Source: Bacteroidota bacterium
GTDB taxonomy: Bacteria; Bacteroidota; Bacteroidia; Cytophagales; Amoebophilaceae
DNA length: 57,697 nucleotides
Reading direction: 5' to 3'
Assembly: GCA_024206165.1 (NCBI GenBank)
Contig: JAAGZN010000600.1
Coordinates: 1 to 57,697 of the forward strand
Positions within the stretch are counted from its first letter, which is position 1; every line of letters begins with the position of its first letter. Position numbers and translations under genes: made by a program. Shown here piece by piece: positions 54,647 to 57,697 of the stretch. Below the pieces are notes generated by a model that ran no database searches, was not told the origin of the DNA, and worked only from the letters and a program-made list of their open reading frames with translations.

Positions 54647-56118
54647 TGGCTCCTTATAATTTTCCCATTCTTGGTGTAAGAAAGTGTCCTAACAAAATAT
54701 ATTTGGCCAGGGACCTTATAGCTAGATAAATTTGTTAAACAAAAATCTATAATTTCTTGTGTATCAATATCGTCTGATTTTTTTACAACATTAGCCACTG
54801 GAATTTCGCCCAACAAATCATTTGATATCCCATAGACATACGCATCTTGAATTAAGGGATGTTGTTTTAATATTTCTTCTACTTCTTCAGGATATATATT
54901 CATTCCACCTGAAATAATAATATTCTTTTGTCTTCCTTTAAGATAAATATATCCTTCATTATCATACAATCCCAAATCACCAGTATGAAGCCACCCAGCT
55001 TTATCAAATTCATTTTTATCTTTTTTTTGTTTGTAATATCCTTGCATAATATTCTTCCCTTTTATTACAATCTCTCCTATCTCTCCCACATTCACATCTT
55101 TTTCATCTTTATCAACTATCCGCAATTTTATATCTCCTATAGGTTTGCCTATTGAATCTGTTTTTTGATGTATATCTTTATCTTCTAATGTAGTTACTCG
55201 TGGAGATGCTTCTGTTAATCCATATGTTTTAAAAAATTTAATCTTATTAAACATAGTCATCAATTTTTTCATATTGTCACCAGATATATGAGCTCCGCCT
55301 ATACTTATCCATTTTAAAGAAGATATATTATTGCTGATCTTTTTATTTTTATAATCTAACAATGTAATTGCTTGTGAAGGCACTGTCATAAAATTAGATA
55401 TATTTTCTTTTTCTACTATTTTGAAAAATAATTTTGGGAAAAACATAGTTTTAATAATAATTATTGTTGCTCCAACATATAAATGGCTTAAAAACTGTGC
55501 TGTGTTACAATAAGAAAAACTCATTGGTAAAGTTATCAAACTTCTATCATTTTTATTAATTTTCAAAGACTTTACATTTGCTTTTACATTAAATAATAAA
55601 TTACTATGACTTAGCATTACATATTTAGGTGAATCAATCGTTCCTGAAGTGGGCAATATAATAGCTGTATCTTTAAAAATATTCTTCTCTATAATCTTAT
55701 CATTATTTTTTGAACTAATAACATTTATGTGATCTATATTAGAATTTACACTGATTATTGTTACATTATTATTTTTCAAAATATCTTTTAATTGTTGCAG
55801 ATAAAAATCATTTGTTATAACCACTTTAATATCGCAATAATTAATTATTGCGAGTATTTCATACTTCTTACTTTGTACATTTATAGGCACTATAACTTTA
55901 TTTAAAAAACATATTACAAAATAAAAAACCCCATATTGTATTGAATTAGGAACAAAAATAGCAATATTCTGAGTATCTTCGACACTTTTAGAAATTGTAT
56001 CCTTAATCTTATTTACAGATAAAAATAACTGTTTATAAGTAATTGTTTTTTCTCCATATTGTATTGCTAATTTATTATAGTTAGCATACTTAATTAATAT
56101 ATCTTTAATTGTTTTCAT
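54634..56118 (-). CDS. Acyl-AMP/CoA ligase (ANL superfamily adenylating enzyme)
   Basis: 494 aa; LPTSGTIDSPKYVMLSH, YGLTEASP, GWLHTGDLGLYDNEGYIYLKGRQKNIIISGGMNIYPEEVE, YTKNGKIIR. The ATG lies 2 nt after the stop of the phage-derived ORF, with no SD. Confidence 0.85.
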   Translation of the reverse strand: MKTIKDILIKYANYNKLAIQYGEKTITYKQLFLSVNKIKDTISKSVEDTQNIAIFVPNSIQYGVFYFVICFLNKVIVPINVQSKKYEILAIINYCDIKVVITNDFYLQQLKDILKNNNVTIISVNSNIDHINVISSKNNDKIIEKNIFKDTAIILPTSGTIDSPKYVMLSHSNLLFNVKANVKSLKINKNDRSLITLPMSFSYCNTAQFLSHLYVGATIIIIKTMFFPKLFFKIVEKENISNFMTVPSQAITLLDYKNKKISNNISSLKWISIGGAHISGDNMKKLMTMFNKIKFFKTYGLTEASPRVTTLEDKDIHQKTDSIGKPIGDIKLRIVDKDEKDVNVGEIGEIVIKGKNIMQGYYKQKKDKNEFDKAGWLHTGDLGLYDNEGYIYLKGRQKNIIISGGMNIYPEEVEEILKQHPLIQDAYVYGISNDLLGEIPVANVVKKSDDIDTQEIIDFCLTNLSSYKVPGQIYFVRTLSYTKNGKIIRSQCLC

Positions 56119-56120
56119 AA

Positions 56121-57452
56121 TTAATGTTTATAGTGACTTAAAATTGATTCTAATTCTATAAGCCCCTCTTCCTCCAAAATATATATCGTGTCTATTTTTT
56201 CTTTTAATCTAAGATAATTATTATTATCCGAAATAGAACATTTATAACAGAGATTACGAAAAATATCCCAACTATATATAAGATTTTTATATATATTTAA
56301 TAAGTTGGTTAAATCATATTTAATCTGATCTTTTATTGTAGTTAAAAAATTAAAATAACGTTTTCTTTCATCACTAATAAATAACAGTTGATCAAATAAT
56401 ATTCCTAACAAAATATTTATTTCCTTTTCCCTTAATGTAGTCAACACTTCTTTAAAATCCTCTTTAAATCTTCTCAATCCATGAATTCCAAAAAGGCTCC
56501 CATTATCATCTATACATACCTTACACGCTACATTTAAAAGTCCAATTCGTACCTTAGCAGCCGATTTAATTTCATCTGCATCCATTTTTTCTGAACTTTT
56601 CTTTTTTTCAGAACTTAATTCTGCTTGCAATGCGTCTGCTTTTGCCTCTATTTGATCTTTTGTTTTGGTCAATTCTTTTATGTTAGACTCTTTTTCATCA
56701 ATTTTGGTTTGCAGTGATTGCGTTTGATTTTGAAGCCGTTCTATTTCTTTTGCAGCTTCTGGTTTTACTTCATACTCTACGTCATTAATTTTGATCTTTA
56801 CCATTTTTGAAACCTCCTCACATGGTATTTTTTCTATATGCTTATCGCTGATGGTCTTTTCATCTTTTTTTCCAATATTTTTGATTTCTTCGACAAGCTC
56901 TCCATCTGCACTGTCTAGTTTTAATCTTGCATTTTGACCTGCTCTTGCTAAGGCAACAACTGCAAGATGGTTATAACGGATATTTTTTTGTATAGCGTCA
57001 TATCCTTCACCCATATAATCACCAGTTTTAAGCTCTAATTCGCATTCATAACCGCACGAAAGTTGTTGTTTACCATTTTCTATATCTTTTATTGTTCTCT
57101 CATCAGTTACGAATGCTTTAGTTGTTATCCACTCACCATCTTTGTCTACCTTGTCGCTTGTATAGCCAACCATATATTTTTTAGAATTTTTGGTTGTTAC
57201 AAGTTCTGGCGGATGGCCGTTAGTTAGTGGTTTTCCTTCAAATGTTTTCATAGATTCATATGCAAATACTTCTTCTGGGAGCCTTAGCTCTTTAAATACT
57301 GATCCATCAGACATTCTGTATTTAAAAACGCCTGTACGTGTTGCTCTTGCAGGCAATACAAGGAAGCCAGTACTAGGATCGACTCGGCTATCACTAATAA
57401 TGGAATAATCATATCTGCGTACAACTTTAGGCTTGGTATCTTTCTTTTCCAT
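56121..57452 (-). CDS. Phage DUF2213-type scaffold/prohead protein with an unrelated AT-rich C-terminal ~130 aa (apparent chimera)
   Basis: Residues 1-~200, YDYSIISDSRVDPSTGFLVLPARATRTGVFKY...FEGKPLTNGHP...GYECEL...YNHLAVVALARAG, match DUF2213. A coiled-coil scaffold segment follows, up to ...AAKVRIGLLNVACKV. The remaining tail is Ile/Asn/Leu-rich and has no phage-like features. Confidence 0.6.
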   Translation of the reverse strand: MEKKDTKPKVVRRYDYSIISDSRVDPSTGFLVLPARATRTGVFKYRMSDGSVFKELRLPEEVFAYESMKTFEGKPLTNGHPPELVTTKNSKKYMVGYTSDKVDKDGEWITTKAFVTDERTIKDIENGKQQLSCGYECELELKTGDYMGEGYDAIQKNIRYNHLAVVALARAGQNARLKLDSADGELVEEIKNIGKKDEKTISDKHIEKIPCEEVSKMVKIKINDVEYEVKPEAAKEIERLQNQTQSLQTKIDEKESNIKELTKTKDQIEAKADALQAELSSEKKKSSEKMDADEIKSAAKVRIGLLNVACKVCIDDNGSLFGIHGLRRFKEDFKEVLTTLREKEINILLGILFDQLLFISDERKRYFNFLTTIKDQIKYDLTNLLNIYKNLIYSWDIFRNLCYKCSISDNNNYLRLKEKIDTIYILEEEGLIELESILSHYKH

Positions 57453-57470
57453 ATTTGTTATTTCCCCTAT

Positions 57471-57550
57471 AAAATAAAAAAGCCCCGTAAGTAGAATAGA
57501 CGTAATATGCCTAATCTACCGACGGGGCTGTTAAAGCCGCTTTAATCGGT
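57471..57550 (-). terminator. Structured repeat copy 1: long hairpin plus U-tract (minus strand), immediately upstream of the scaffold gene SD
   Basis: Minus strand: AGCGGCTTTAAC-AGCCCCGTCGGTAGA...TCTACTTACGGGGCT-TTTTATTTT. Stem 57481-57495 / 57515-57529; small hairpin TTAAAG-ccg-CTTTAA at 57531-57545. Confidence 0.55.
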
Positions 57551-57580
57551 TAAAATTTTTAAAAACTAAATTGTGTATAA

Positions 57581-57661
57581 ATAAAAAAAGCCCCATTAGT
57601 AAATGAGACCAAAATTTTGATCTGATTTACCAATGGGGCTGATATAGCCGCTAATTGATAG
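57581..57661 (-). terminator. Structured repeat copy 2: long hairpin plus U-tract (minus strand)
   Basis: Minus strand: AGCGGCTATATC-AGCCCCATTGGTAAATCAGATCAAAATTTTGGTCTCATTTACTAATGGGGCT-TTTTTTTAT. Near-perfect ~23-bp stem at 57589-57640; shares the AGCGGCT...CAGCCCC...GGGGCT frame with copy 1. Confidence 0.55.
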
Positions 57662-57697
57662 CAATATAAAAAATAATTTCTAATACAACTTTATAAC

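Larger units (their letters stand above)
26822..56118 (-). other. NRPS / fatty-acyl / radical-SAM biosynthetic gene cluster (about 29 kb, one transcriptional direction)
   Basis: See the individual CDS calls. Many start/stop overlaps (4-31 nt) and very short gaps suggest one or a few operons. By eye it is more AT-rich than the flanking phage genes. Confidence 0.8.

Noticed and set aside
3402-57408. All plus-strand ORFs in the supplied track: 3402..3593, 4614..4808, 5178..5405, 7375..7689, 8741..9037, 9258..9455, 9310..9570, 9816..9998, 11517..11705, 16770..17201, 17306..17506, 17867..18070, 21053..21364, 23133..23342, 23407..23589, 33301..33516, 35931..36119, 36285..36482, 37600..37785, 40508..40705, 41118..41312, 42415..42732, 45108..45377, 52177..52437, 53717..53923, 54928..55155, 57190..57408.
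   Set aside because: Each lies antisense inside or across well-supported minus-strand genes. They have low-complexity Phe/Leu/Ile/Ser-rich translations typical of AT-rich shadow frames, no SD and no recognisable motifs.
57481-57640. The two long hairpins as tRNA genes or att sites.
   Set aside because: There is no cloverleaf, no anticodon arm and no T-loop GTTCRA consensus. They are simple extended hairpins with U-tracts. No matching direct repeat was noticed elsewhere in the window.
1-57697. CRISPR arrays, rRNA, tRNA, IS elements/transposases, reverse transcriptases (retron/DGR).
   Set aside because: Reading both strands, I saw no regularly spaced direct-repeat array, no rRNA- or tRNA-like sequence, and no transposase or RT motif in any ORF. 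Absence is by eye only, and a tRNAscan/Infernal run would be needed to be sure.

Overview
AT-rich 57.7 kb window. Every credible protein gene (about 75) is on the minus strand; the only plus-strand candidates are one 25-codon peptide and two small-RNA units. All calls rest on motifs read from the translations; no searches or computed statistics were run. Left to right: (1) 1-4.8 kb, accessory genes: an edge-truncated secreted nuclease-like gene, an XRE regulator, methyltransferases, a VOC protein, a chorismate mutase, a GNAT and a P-loop ATPase with a winged helix. (2) 4.9-25.6 kb, a phage-derived region with packaging genes (TerS, TerL, portal, MuF-like), ParB-like plus C5-methyltransferase, RusA, a Com-like zinc finger and a tyrosine integrase sitting mid-region. 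It also holds a moron-like block (HEPN-like protein plus membrane proteins, GIY-YIG, YopX-like, Fic) and an early/recombination module (AAA_24 ATPase, Gp157-like, SpoVG-like, many unknowns). No capsid, tail or lysis genes are seen. (3) 25.7-26.8 kb, a second Fic gene. (4) 26.8-56.1 kb, a tightly packed co-directional biosynthetic cluster. It contains two NRPS proteins (A-T and dock-C-A-T), a carrier domain fused to a non-SDR acyl-ACP-reductase-like domain, SbnA/SbnB-like 2,3-diaminopropionate genes, IorAB, a PPTase and an acyl-AMP ligase/ACP/ketoreductase set. It also contains a PaaK-like ligase, three radical SAM enzymes, a DegT fusion, an M19 dipeptidase and a pentapeptide-repeat protein. 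(5) 56.1-57.5 kb, a phage DUF2213-type scaffold gene whose 3' third looks replaced; it abuts the cluster and is preceded by two tandem terminator-like hairpin repeats. The main lead is this NRPS cluster fused to and flanked by phage genes. Secondary leads are the HEPN-like/membrane module, the two antisense sRNA units and a recurring TCCTAGAC motif.
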